64,000 nt of DNA, taken from NCBI GenBank assembly GCA_009103225.1, contig RHPI01002069.1, forward strand, positions 2,256,846 through 2,320,845. Reading direction: 5' to 3'. Below the pieces are notes generated by a model that was not told the DNA's origin, did not search any database, and saw nothing but the letters and a program-made list of their open reading frames with translations. Below are positions 25,747 through 40,417 of this stretch, one piece after another. Each line of letters starts with the position of its first letter. The stretch's first letter is position 1. The translations under genes and the position numbers were made by a program. The stretch comes from Chlorokybus atmophyticus. Its lineage: Eukaryota; Plantae; Mesostigma and Chlorokybus algae.

Positions 25747-27360
25747 NNNNNNNNNNNNNNNNNNNNNNNNNNNNNNNNNNNNNNNNNNNNNNNNNNNNNN
25801 NNNNNNNNNNNNNNNNNNNNNNNNNNNNNNNNNNNNNNNNNNNNNNNNNNNNNNNNNNNNNNNNNNNNNNNNNNNNNNNNNNNNNNNNNNNNNNNNNNNN
25901 NNNNNNNNNNNNNNNNNNNNNNNNNNNNNNNNNNNNNNNNNNNNNNNNNNNNNNNNNNNNNNNNNNNNNNNNNNNNNNNNNNNNNNNNNNNNNNNNNNNN
26001 NNNNNNNNNNNNNNNNNNNNNNNNNNNNNNNNNNNNNNNNNNNNNNNNNNNNNNNNNNNNNNNNNNNNNNNNNNNNNNNNNNNNNNNNNNNNNNNNNNNN
26101 NNNNNNNNNNNNNNNNNNNNNNNNNNNNNNNNNNNNNNNNNNNNNNNNGGTATTTGATAAGTGCAGAGATGTGCATATCTCCACACATGTTTGCAGCAAT
26201 CTCATGTAAAGTCATACGACATCACATAAATAAAATAGTAGCGTATTAAAACTTATTGTTTAACATAACATGCAAATACCGTGTACATAAATGTTAAATT
26301 GCCCTTGCTGCCCTTATAAGCATAAGATTAATACATATATACGCCAGAGTTGCATGTGAATTTTTATAACCATATACTTTGACAAAATGCGAAAGCAGAG
26401 GAATGTTGGTAATGCTGCGAATGCCAGTAAAATTTGACTTGCGCTTTTACAAGAAGCTTGTCGAATGGTTGTGCAACATTTAATGCATTAAAAAGGGAAC
26501 ATTAATGCCATACTTAATTGTGCTAAGTTTGCAACGCATGAAAATGTAACGAGAACAAATATAATTATCAACTTTCAATCGTCAAATTCACTGCGTACGA
26601 TATATCTGTATATACGTATGCCTTTGAAATCTGTCAATCACAAAATTATGCGACGCAATCACATAAGCATGGTATTGGTATGAACGAATCATAATTGGTT
26701 TCTTATACTGATAATCAGCGACTCACACGGTGGCACCACATGGTTTGATCAATTCTATATACAACCTTGCAACATTTCATAATAATAATGATGTCTTTCA
26801 ACCTTCATGAACCGCCATCAAATGATAAATAATGTCCACATGCATGGTAAGTCAAAGTTTTGCATCCAATAAGTCGAATCAACACAAATGAACACTTGTA
26901 AATATGCAAGGCAATTATACACAATATAGGACTTGCTTACCATCAAGAAATGGACTCATATGTCTTGGACAAGAGTAACATCACAAATGTGATGGTTATG
27001 ATCCCCTCCCGCCTCCCCCCNNNNNNNNNNNNNNNNNNNNNNNNNNNNNNNNNNNNNNNNNNNNNNNNNNNNNNNNNNNNNNNNNNNNNNNNNNNNNNNN
27101 NNNNNNNNNNNNNNNNNNNNNNNNNNNNNNNNNNNNNNNNNNNNNNNNNNNNNNNNNNNNNNNNNNNNNNNNNNNNNNNNNNNNNNNNNNNNNNNNNNNN
27201 NNNNNNNNNNNNNNNNNNNNNNNNNNNNNNNNNNNNNNNNNNNNNNNNNNNNNNNNNNNNNNNNNNNNNNNNNNNNNNNNNNNNNNNNNNNNNNNNNNNN
27301 NNNNNNNNNNNNNNNNNNNNNNNNNNNNNNNNNNNNNNNNNNNNNNNNNNNNNNNNNNNN
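25747..27360. other. Two assembly gaps (25747-26149 and 27021-27360) enclosing an AT-rich, ORF-poor segment (26150-27020), with G/C homopolymer runs beside the gaps
   Basis: N runs are seen directly. The enclosed segment is visibly much more AT-rich than the neighbouring genes. Confidence 0.9.
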
Positions 27361-27733
27361 CCCTCCTTCCAAGTATATATTAATGCCTGCTGTTTGTTAT
27401 GCGCATTGTCTTACAGCGCACCTGCTGTGCATTACCACTGTTATAAGGAAACACTACCTTCATGATACCGCTTCACCAATGAACCCATAGATGCAAATCA
27501 CTGCCCTGTCCTAACTTCCGCACTAGCACAAACACACGGCAGCTTATCACGCGTTGCCCCTTGTTTACAATGCAAGCTGGCTTGCAACTTTCATCGTTCA
27601 CAATGTCATTGTTACCATCGCAAGCACACAGAAATCACAAGTCCACGAGTAGTGGACGCGACTCCGGTCACTAGCATAGCGCTTTGCGCCTGTCGCCGAA
27701 AAAATGATATCCTCATCTCTCATCTTCTCATAA

Positions 27734-30509
<2,776 letters not shown>

Positions 30510-30934
30510 CTCCCCGCCTGCCTCGCCCGCTGCCGCTCCTCCCGTGCCTGGCCTGGTAAGCTCGATATCAGCTATGCAGCAGCACATAGATGATATCAAG
30601 TCTACCTCCGACATCGACTTGATAAATATGTTCTGAAGCCAAGTAATCAGCAGGGGCTGATAACGACGCATAACAACGGCTGCAGCATTCCTTGCATTAT
30701 CGGCTGCGTTATTGGCTGCATGACGAGGCAGGTGCAAAACGGCTGCCCGCCGCCCTGGTAGGGTCTCTGGCGCCAGGCGTGTGGACGGCGGCGCAGGCGG
30801 CGGCGTAGGCGGCGGCTGCAGGTGGGACGTTGTTCTGGCTGTCAGGGTGTTGAGGGCATGTTGTCCATCTGTGTACATCTTTGATTGAAATTTGCGCTGT
30901 ACTGAGATCGACGTGGTTCTGGGCGGTCCTGGAA

Positions 30935-30943
30935 TTAGGGTTT
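30935..30943. promoter_or_regulatory. Telo-box (TTAGGGTTT) in the WDR5/RPL29 divergent region, probably within the RPL29 leader intron
   Basis: Exact motif, typical of plant ribosomal-protein gene 5' regions. Confidence 0.55.
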
Positions 30944-31067
30944 GATGTCGCACTCTCTCTGAAGTCTGCGCTATTCTCTAGATCATTTTGTTAGGCTTTG
31001 TACTGTTTGTGCTGTGTTTTGCTGCTCGGAGTGCTGTGTTGAAATGTTGAAGGTTGATCAAGTCAAG

Positions 31068-31164
31068 CCCAGTCAGTTAGTTTGCAGTTGGTGCAGTTGT
31101 CGCGTTACATAATGTTGAACTATTTCAACAGTATGCAGCGCGACAACTGCACCAACTGACTGGG
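31068..31164. ncRNA. Pre-miRNA-like hairpin (or short foldback element) upstream of the RPL29 ATG
   Basis: Perfect 20-bp arms CAGTTGGTGCAGTTGTCGCG (31085-31104) and CGCGACAACTGCACCAACTG (31139-31158). There is a further near-perfect 15-bp inner stem with a 4-nt loop (CTAT) and an outer CCCAGT/ACTGGG pair. Confidence 0.5.
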
Positions 31165-31400
31165 GAAGGCGGGTAGCCTTTGAATGTTCGACGTCTATTT
31201 GTTGTTGCGCTTTGTTCATGTCATTTTGTCTTGTGTCAAAACAGCCTTGTTAAACCCAACGCCTTGCAATCTCCCAAGAGACTGCAAGAGTGTTGGCTCC
31301 AGAAGACAAGGCAGAGCAGTAGTTGTGTAGTTAGTAAAGTTTTGCTTTGACAGTTGGCTTTGTGCTCTCCCCCTTCTGATTTCGTCCTTTCTTCGCAGCA

Positions 31401-31840
31401 ATGGCCAAGTCTAAGAACCATACAGCGCACAATCAGAGCCGCAAGGCTCATCGTAACGGCATCAAGAAGCCGCAGAAGCAGAAGTACCGCTCCCTCAAAG
31501 GGGTAAGTAATATTTACCGGTTATAAACTGGCATAGTCAACATTGGACTGTTGTGGTTTGTGTATGTTGTTTGGCGCATGTGTGCAGTATCTGTACCAAT
31601 TTGGTTACGGTATTACCCTCCACTGCAATCTATTTGCACGTGCATTTCTAATATCTGGTTATGGTTTTGGTTCTGGAAGAGTTTTGTTAGAGCACGTCTG
31701 CCTACATGGATTTGGTTGGTGGGTTTTGGTATGATGATTTTGTTGCTGACTGTGAGCAATTGCAGATGGACCCTAAGTTCCTGCGTAATCAGCGGCACGC
31801 TAAGAAGCACAACGCACCAGCTGCCACCATGGAGAGCTAG
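31401..31840 (+). CDS. RPL29: 60S ribosomal protein L29 (eL29)
   Basis: Two exons give [34 protein letters not shown]|[24 protein letters not shown]. Confidence 0.98.
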
Positions 31841-33149
31841 ACTTGAACTTGACACTGCCCATGGAGTGATCCTATATTGTTACAGCTGTTGCCGGTTGGA
31901 TTCTGGTTGCATATGTAATATGGCGAATGAGTTCTTTTCTGAAGGAATACATGTTGGTTTTGTGCTCAGCTGGGTGAGCTACAAGAGTGCTGATGGGGTG
32001 GTCTTGGTGGTGCGCAACGGCATTTCTGGCATGCATGCAAATTGCACAGCGAGTCTGACCGGTGTGCAGATGTGTTTGTGCAAGATATTTGGTGCTCGAG
32101 TTCCCAGTTCAAGCATTGCTTCCACCCTTACTGTAGCTGCTATGGCATCTTGTGTGCAGTGGTAGTGCCTTTGTGGTTGGCTGTACTGCTGCGCACTATT
32201 GGAGCAGTCTTTCATGTGTTTGTACAACTGGGTTCATGCACAAGGTGCAGTGAACTGCAAGTAGCAAGCTTTACGTACAGCAGCAAGCAACAGCATCAAG
32301 CAGCGCAGTAGTGTTGGCAATAGTAGTGTAGATAGTGAGTCAGGTGTTGTAGTTGTTGCCTGGAGGCGAATGGTAGATGATAGGAGTTGTTGCCTGTGTC
32401 ATGTTGTGACCATGTTTGCTGCATGTACTATCCATGGGCAGGTGCACCTTGCATATTCATGTATCAGTCTAAGCACGCAATAGCGGGTGGTATTTAACCA
32501 CAGCACGTACTGACTCTCACTAAGTCTGCTGCTGGTACTTCAGTGCCGTTTCTGGACATGATGCTGTTTCAGATATTTGATGTGGGACTATGCCCAAGTG
32601 TGTATAGCAAACTACTTTTGCCACAGTTTGCTACCATTCCTTGAAGACGAGCTCCACACCCACAGAGCAACATTGCCAAAGTTGCCATAATGGGCGTGGT
32701 AGTATCTCAATGCATCGTTTTTTGCGATTGTCTACATATCGCTCCCAGTTCTTGCAGGATATGGTAACCTTGCTTTGTGCTATGCTGAATTAGGGTTATA
32801 ACAAGCAAGTGTTGCTAGGAGTGTTGTGCAGGTGAATGACAAGGCAGATTGGGGTGATCTATCGGTACCTGTATATCTGATACACAAGGTAAGTATGATG
32901 TTGGTCACCACGTGTGGGGAGCAGTGTTCTGCCCGCACAAACTGTGTCTGCATGCTGCTCTTGCGTGACAGTTGGTTCTGACGTCTTCTCAATCAATTAC
33001 ACTCTGGTCGGGACTTGCTAATATTGCCTTTGAGCTGACCAGACAGTTGAAGACTTTAACTGCAAGCTATTTCAAACTGTATGTGACTGTTGGTGACTGC
33101 TTGTGGCGGGTCTTACACTGAACACTACTACCTATGACGGCTGCACTGC

Positions 33150-33465
33150 AACGCCGACCACAACACGGCATAGCACAGCATCCCTCACCCCGCCCTCGCC
33201 CTGCTGCCTTACTACCTGCTCGCTGCTGCTGCTGCTGTTGTACACCTGCGAGGACTGCAACGTCTAACACCTGTCGCTGCGCCACCACAGGTGGTTCGTT
33301 GCCCTGCCTGCTCACCCGCCCTCATCTTCACCCCTTGCACGCACTTAGCTACTGCACATAGCTAGTGCCTGTATGCCCCTATGTTAATTTCAGTGCTTGC
33401 TTGCTGTTGTGCATGTGCATGTGTTTGAGCGCGTGAATGTTGTGTGTTTGTGTGTGCCTTGCATA
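33150..33465 (+). repeat. Diverged dispersed repeat, copy B (homologous to about 13200-13535 on -)
   Basis: Same collinear blocks as copy A. Both copies can read RPRPA-x(5-6)-CCCC in one frame. Confidence 0.6.
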
Positions 33466-33662
33466 ATACTTGGATAGCTCATACACAGAAGAATGGACCA
33501 GCAACGCATGTAAGTGCAGGTAAGCACTGAAGAAATTGCGGGGAGCAGGTTCCCTGCCCGCATGCAAGTCAAGGGTGTCACTCTGCTCATGTTGTTCATG
33601 TTGTGCATGTGCGTGTGCTCTCACTTGGCAGTGCTTGTATGCAATCACATACGTTGCGTGAA

Positions 33663-34170
33663 TGTCACGAATTGGGATAAGCTGTGACAGACCTCACTCA
33701 TGGTAGTGTCTTTTACTACCATAGCCTAGTGGTCGGGCCCCAATCGTTACCATTTTAATGGAGCTTGATGTCTCACGTTCAAAACCCGTAGGGGACTGAG
33801 GCAGATCCAAGGCAAAAACAAAAACATTTGGGGCGGCTTGCCCTAGGCTGGGCGCGGGATCACGACCTGCGCGCCGAGCAAGTTCAACCTAAGGCCTCGT
33901 GAGCGGTCGCGCTGCGATGGCAGGTCGCGCTGCGATGATGGCCGTTCGATCGGTCAGGACCGTTCATGGGCCGGATCCAGCAGGCCGCGGGCAGACCGAT
34001 CGTGGTACGGCCGCGGACACGGCGATGTGGGCTAGTGCCTTATTGGATTATAAGGAACTCATGGGTTAGATTGGGGAGGAATGTCATGAATTGGGATAAA
34101 TTTTGGCAGACCTCACTCATGGTAGTGTCTATTACTACCATAGCCTAGTGGTCGGGCCCCAATCGTTACA
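33663..34170 (+). mobile_element. TRIM-like miniature LTR retroelement (89-bp LTRs, about 330-bp non-coding interior)
   Basis: Direct repeats 33663-33751 and 34082-34170 start TGTCA and the 3' copy ends TTACA. A purine tract GGGGAGGAA lies directly before the 3' repeat, and TGG follows a few nt after the 5' repeat (possible PBS). The target-site duplication is imperfect (GTGAA/TGGAA). Confidence 0.72.
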
Positions 34171-34296
34171 TGGAATGTATGTGACTCATATGACCTTTGC
34201 AACAAATAGCAACGTAGTAATAAATGGCGTGCATGCATTGTTGGATGATGTGACAGGTACAAAGACCTGTCTGGACTCTTGGCGGCTGGGGTCAAG

Positions 34297-34912
34297 TCAG
34301 TCGTCTATAGGGTCGTCGTCCAAGTCGTCCATGTCCACGTCGTCCTTGCAAGCTGTGTGAGCCCGGCCTGACACCCCACGCCTGCTGTACAGGTGGTTAC
34401 CTTTCTTGCCCTGCCCTTGCCCTCCTCCTTGCCCGCCAGTTGATACCTAGTGTCCTTAGTTGCTAGAGTCGTGCTAGCAGTTGTTGCCAAGCGCTGCTTT
34501 GGGCCCCCACCCAAATTGTGAATGTAATCATGCGTGTGTACTTGTGCTTGTCCATTTGCATTTGCATCTATTTGCTCTATATATATGAAGACAACAAGTG
34601 ATACAAATATATGCACAAGAAGGTGCATTGGTTATGCGTGCCACAAGCAAATGCTGGCCCAAGCTTAAAATATGCCATGCTATGCAATGTGGCAAGCTTA
34701 GACGCAACGGCACTTACCCGCATCCATGATATACCATGGCAGCATGGCCGCCCTTGCCTATACAACGCGCTCCTGACGCGAATAATGAGAAATATGTGGA
34801 AGTCCTCGCTATGGCTATTATGGGTCTCTGCCGCAAGCGGCGAGAAGGTATAACGTGACAGGTGGTTGTGATATTTAAGGTAGACGGTCATCATGGCATC
34901 CGCCTCGGCCAT
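34297..34912 (-). CDS. Candidate 114-aa orphan protein with a G/Q-rich linker and acidic tail
   Basis: Exon 34912-34718 (GTAAGT donor) joins exon 34446-34297 (CTAG acceptor) in phase: MAEADAMMTVYLKYHNHLSRY...ISWMR|VSTGGQGGGQGQGKKGNHLYSRRGVSGRAHTACKDDVDMDDLDDDPIDD*. No recognised domain. Confidence 0.4.
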
Positions 34913-36674
34913 GTTTTGCAGACGTTATACAATGCACTAGCACCCTGCACAACTTTGCGAGCTAGGGCACATGCAGAACGGGTCTAAATGCGCCAATATG
35001 CTGAACAATGCTTATTACTCTCAAATGCCAATGTTTGAGACAACAACATCACGTGGCAAACAGTTCTCGACCATACCCAACCAACACACGACACAACATA
35101 GCACACAGGCAGTTACAACGACAGACAGCAACGCGTAAGGCAACTACGCTACTCCTGCCAACGGTGCGTTCTCCTTCAGGGTCGGTGCAAACGTGTGCAG
35201 CGGGCTCCCCGGGACGATCGCTACCGCCGTCGCTCCTTCTCTCGAGCAGCGCCAAGGCCTGCGCCTGCTGCAGCGCACTGCCTCGCGCTGCCTGAAGATT
35301 GCCACAAAAACGCTCAGTCGCGCTGAGGGCAGGCCATGCGTGTACACCGCCCGTCTGACGCAGATAAAGGGTCTAGACGCGCCAATGTGCTGAGCATTGC
35401 TAATCACTATTGCATTGATGAACCTGTGCCTCCAAATATGGAGACAGTATGAGAGCTTTTTGGTTAGCAACTTGTATGCTGTTATGATGGTTGGGAGAGC
35501 CCTTTGCTATGCTTAATTAAGATGATTACGGCGCATAGCGCACTGATTAGCGACCAACCCAATGTGGGTGGAAGACTACCAAACCACAATCTCCCGGACT
35601 TGGCTACCAAAATCCAGCAAAGCATGATAACGTACTGATATTATATATTGCAGACTACAACGTCTTTAATAGCGGTGGCAATTTACATGCGCTATTAAGT
35701 TATTTGTTATTATTGCATGGAATTGTCGGGAGGATTTTGCATCACTTGTCCGCAATACTTTAAAGTTGGTGTAGTCAATTCACAAAAGTTGAGATAATAT
35801 TTCATGCACACAGTCGTTACCAATGAAAAACGGTGCACCGCTATGCATCATACATGCAGCAACCATAATAACAACATACACATCTAGCATGCGCATATGT
35901 GACATCATGCACCTCATCAATTACTGCCGGTGTGCTATGTACACAGATAAGTCCATACTTGTACTTTCTCATTTTCCTTAAATGAACACATCAATGTGAA
36001 CAATAAATCATTGCGTGTATACAGAAGATGCAGGGTAAGAGGTAGGTAATATGTAGCATGCAGGTGCATGTCAGAGCCGATGGTTGTGTACAAAGTATGC
36101 ATGAACAACTTAGCGGTGCGGGGTTGAGACATGCACGACACATGCAACCATGACAAGCACATTAACGCAGTCACAAACACCACCGGGCTATGTACACAAA
36201 ATTGCTACCTACCTACCTTCACTACCGCCATATATACGGTTTGAACGAAAATGAAGTTGTAGCTAAGCTAGCTATGTCACCAACAAGCAAAGAAACCAAC
36301 AAGCCAGCACGGGTAGACGCTATAATCCATTTGACCAGAGGTAATAGCTTCACACAAACACAAGCTCAACTACAGCTCACTATGTATGTAGGTGTGAGGT
36401 GAGCGACATTTACTGTTGTTGCTTGGATAATTGCATGTCCAATGCGCATATGCACCTCACATCATATGTACACAAGTATGGACCACCAGGCCGTGTGAAT
36501 TGTCGACTCCATGTCACACATAAGCCAACAAGCAAGACACCCTTCAGGTCATCAGTGTGCTTTCTGTGATATTAGGAATGCCATGAAGGCCAACCATCCA
36601 TGCACCACCAGCAGCACTTTATTGCATGCGCATGAGAAGAAACTGCGCAGGTTAATACAGCTGCCTGTAATATG

Positions 36675-39600
36675 CTATGCCTGCACAGCCGGAGTAGAAG
36701 GCCTTTCGGCAACCGTCACGGCCGATTGTTGCTTGGCTGACACAGACGGTGCATGATTCTCAGATTGTGCAGCTGCTTCAACAGGTGCTTCGTCTTTGCT
36801 GCTGCTGCTATTGCTGGTATTGCTAGCGGTCATGCCTGAAGCAGCAGCTGCAGGCATGTCCGCAGGCGCTACATCTGACACTTGTTTGGCTGAAACAGCT
36901 GCCGGCTGCTTTTCAGCTTGTGCGGAACCTTCAACGTGCGTGTCGCCGTTGCTGTTGCTGCTGCTAGTGCTAGTGGCAGTCATACCCACAGCCTGCATGG
37001 CCTGTTCATTGCCATCAACCGGGCATGACGGTCCCTCCAACGCAGCTGCTTTTGCTACCTGCGGGGCCTTATTGAACTCAGGTGCAGTGGCAAACGTGTC
37101 AAGCACTGCATTGGCTGCCGCTGCCGCTGCCGCTGCTGCCGCGGCCTTTGCACCAGGCTTGGCTGAGCTGATGACACCTTCAATCTTCTCTCCCAACGTT
37201 GGGGGCTTCTTGGCGGGTGGCGGTTTGGGGCTATCACTATAGGCGGACTGTTTAGCGGCTGGTGGTATGGGTGATGAGCCCTCCCTGGTGGGAGGCCTTG
37301 ATGACGCCGAAGGCTCGGGAGATGAGCCATTTGCACTGGAAGGTTTTGATGAGGGAGATGAGGTGGGTGCTGGCGTTGCAGCCGCAGCACCAGCACTGGT
37401 CCCTATTGAAGTCTTTGGAGCTGCGGCTGATGACGATGGCGCTGGAGGCTCTGGAGATGAACCGCTTGCACTGGAAGGCCTTGTGAGAGATGGAGTGGAT
37501 GGTGGCATTCCCAACGCTGTACCATTGTTGGTCCCGTTTACACTAGGTGCAACTGAGGGGCCGGGCCTGGTAGTCTCTGATGCACCAGATACAAAATCAG
37601 GAACTGTGCCGGGACTCCCTTTAGCTGCATATACTGCATGGTCCACTTCATGCCCATTCACATCTCTCAATTCATCTGCATTCGATGGCGAGGTGAACTC
37701 TTCTGACCCAGGTTCCAACACAGTTGCCATAACGGTTGGAGCAGGCGTGATAGGCCGCATGTCTGGTGAAGAAGGCCGATCGTACTCATAACCAGACTCC
37801 AGCAACAAAGCGCCCTCTGACCACTGCCCAGCACGCTGCAGGACAGGGCAAGCTCAACAAGTGATATGCATGCTCTAAACTTCACGAGCGCGAGTACAAG
37901 AGAACGGGTGTGAGGCACACTTACCGTGCCAGGTGTGGGTCCACGAGCGGCAAACCCAGATGGCATGTACGCATCCTCAAATCGTTCGAACGACCGCACT
38001 GGAGTGGCAAGACGACCGCCATGACGACCAATAATGTCGATCAGGGACAAAATTAGGTCTTCTTTAATGGCAAAAAATTCGTCGATGTGCTTGGTGGTAA
38101 CGTGCACTGACACCATTATCTGCACAGACAGAGTTATGAGCGGATAAGCAAACACAGCTGATGTTGTGCTTGCCATACCCGCAGGGAGGTGGCTGTGACC
38201 CCATGAAAGAAGCAACGCCGATGAAGCGACTCGTGCTCTAGTTTCGGATGCTGTTTGAGAAACTTGCGCATATCGCGCACCATAGCCTGCAAAGCCAAAA
38301 GCGTAAGTGAGGATGCAACGAAAGAATGCGCACAACCACCAGCATAACTGCAGACCTCACCTTAATCTTGGGCCCATCAGCATGGCGGACTTCAAGAAAC
38401 TCCATTACCCGCCAATGTCGTTTCCGAGAATAATTGAGGACGGTGCTGGAACTGAAAACTGCATTGGGTACATATACAGGCTCCTGACCCAGGGATCGCA
38501 GCCTCGTGAGGTACCAGCCCACCTCCTGTTAACAGGTATGGACAATTGCAATAAGCTGACTGACTGCAAGGTATAATACTTCTTATCATGTTGACAGCAA
38601 AGCGGCAATAGACCACTATTGCTGGCGACATGTCCCAGTAGTAAGCAAAAGTTCAATCTGTACTGACCTCCACATTGCCTTCGCATATGGACGACTGCTT
38701 CGACATGACTGCCACCCAATCACCAACCCCGAAGGGTTGCGTAAGATACAGCATGAGTCCAGAAAAGCAGTTGCTGATGATCTGCATGAAGGCAAGTCAG
38801 CACATTACTTATTGCAAATGAACCACTTCAGCTTGCAGTTGCGTACCTCTTTGCCAGCCAGACCGAGTGCCAAACCTCCAATTCCTCCAACAGTAAGCAA
38901 AGACCGTGAAGACACACCAAGCACGCTGCCCAGTGTTACTTCAACGGCATTTGCACCAGCCACAAGTATTACTAGAATGCTGAAGAGCTGCCCAAAGAAC
39001 CCTGCTGTGGCTTTGGTTGTTTTATCTACATCCTTTCGACTAGCAAACTTCGCCAACAGTCGATTCTTCACACTGCAACAGCAGCATGTCACGTTATTGT
39101 TATACCAAGGTGGGGCTGAAAGGGCTGCTTGCATGCAAACACCTTGAACTCTGAAACTGCATGCCACAACCGTCACCTGATCGCTATGTATGTGGCGGTG
39201 GCTAATGCAGCCAAAGAGCGCGCCCTAGACGTAAAATGAAGTATGTGACGGCCAGCCTGTTGAAGATCGATGTTATGTACCCCAACAAAGGACAACGTAC
39301 TCTACCGCTAAGGAAAACAACCTACTTGCTAAGCACCACTACTGCAATCGGACTTGAGTCGACGACCACAAGCCAGTGCACCAAATCAGCGAAAACGTAC
39401 CCGAGCAAGCCTGCTTGGCACATGTGCGTCAAGAAGGAACTGTTCAGCAGCCGTGCTTCCGGCAAGCAGCACCCCTAGGCATGCCAGCGGCAGCACCAAG
39501 TGCTCCACAGCCCAAGGCAAGCCTGGTTTGGCTTGTGCGCTCTGCCAGACGAGCAACTATAATGCTAATTCAAAATACTCGCGTGCAGAGATAGCAGCAA

Positions 39601-40417
39601 CAACGGAAGACGAGCATGATGTTTTGCATCAACTCTACAACCTACGACCAACTTACTGGTGGCTGGGGTCCCTCGCCAAGCCAGTTTTGAATTGAACTCA
39701 ATGCGGGCTGCAAACCAAAGCAGGCGAGCGCGAGCACCAGCAGCATGCTGAAAGCCTGAAGAAAGAACAATGCGCTGCCAGAAATGACGCATCAGCATAA
39801 CCCAGATAAGGTGCATCACGATAGGCTTATGCATAGTGAATGGCACACAAGCGCGCAGCCTACCTTTGCGGAATAACAATGCGAGGGAGCACAACTACCG
39901 CCTGTAGCAGCAACGCCCTCCCTTGCGACATGACTGAATTCCTTATACACTGCTCCCTATCCTGATTGAAGTTGATACCTAAGCTATTGTGTGCAGTTCG
40001 CCACCAGGTCTCAACACTATGTCTACATGCGTACACTGTACAGGATGCCATGGACTGGAAGCGGATGCGCAACTGCTCAAAGCATGGCAACACGCCACAG
40101 GGGTGAATGGTGGTCTTATCTACATGGCCAGAGATGGCACTCTGGACCATAGCTACACAGGTGTGCGGTCGACTGCTGCACTGCCTTCTCAAATGCCTAC
40201 ACCGCAACGCGGCTCTCCTGCTCGAGGCATCCGCTGGCTTCCCAAATCTAGCACGCTGCCACAACAAAGATGAGACCAAGCCAGTGTTGCTGTCCAGAAC
40301 GCTTCTTGCTCTGGTACTAAGGCACCGGCTCCACTTTGCATGCATGCATTCGTACCTGCAGACTGCTACCACTGCGTGCTGAAGCAATGCAACACGACTT
40401 GCGATGAGCAGCTCCAT
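36675..40417 (-). CDS. MscS-like mechanosensitive channel, plastid MSL2/MSL3 type, with a very long low-complexity C-tail
   Basis: [117 protein letters not shown]. The N-terminus looks like a transit peptide and the splice phases are consistent. Confidence 0.92.

Noticed and set aside
25634-27465. Long ORFs in the ORF track (138-193 aa) spanning poly-X
   Set aside because: They are artefacts of translating N gaps.
31725-31752. ATGATGA...CTGA (C/D-box-like) in the RPL29 intron
   Set aside because: The boxes are only about 10 nt apart and the CTGA coincides with the branch-point region, too short for a snoRNA.
32830-32895. Isolated 57-nt exon-like segment (VNDKADWGDLSVPVYLIHK) with good splice sites
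   Set aside because: I could not link it to a start, a stop or a recognisable protein.
34381-34400. Apparent GT-AG intron in the small orphan gene
   Set aside because: It would be only 16-19 nt, and the frame is open without it.
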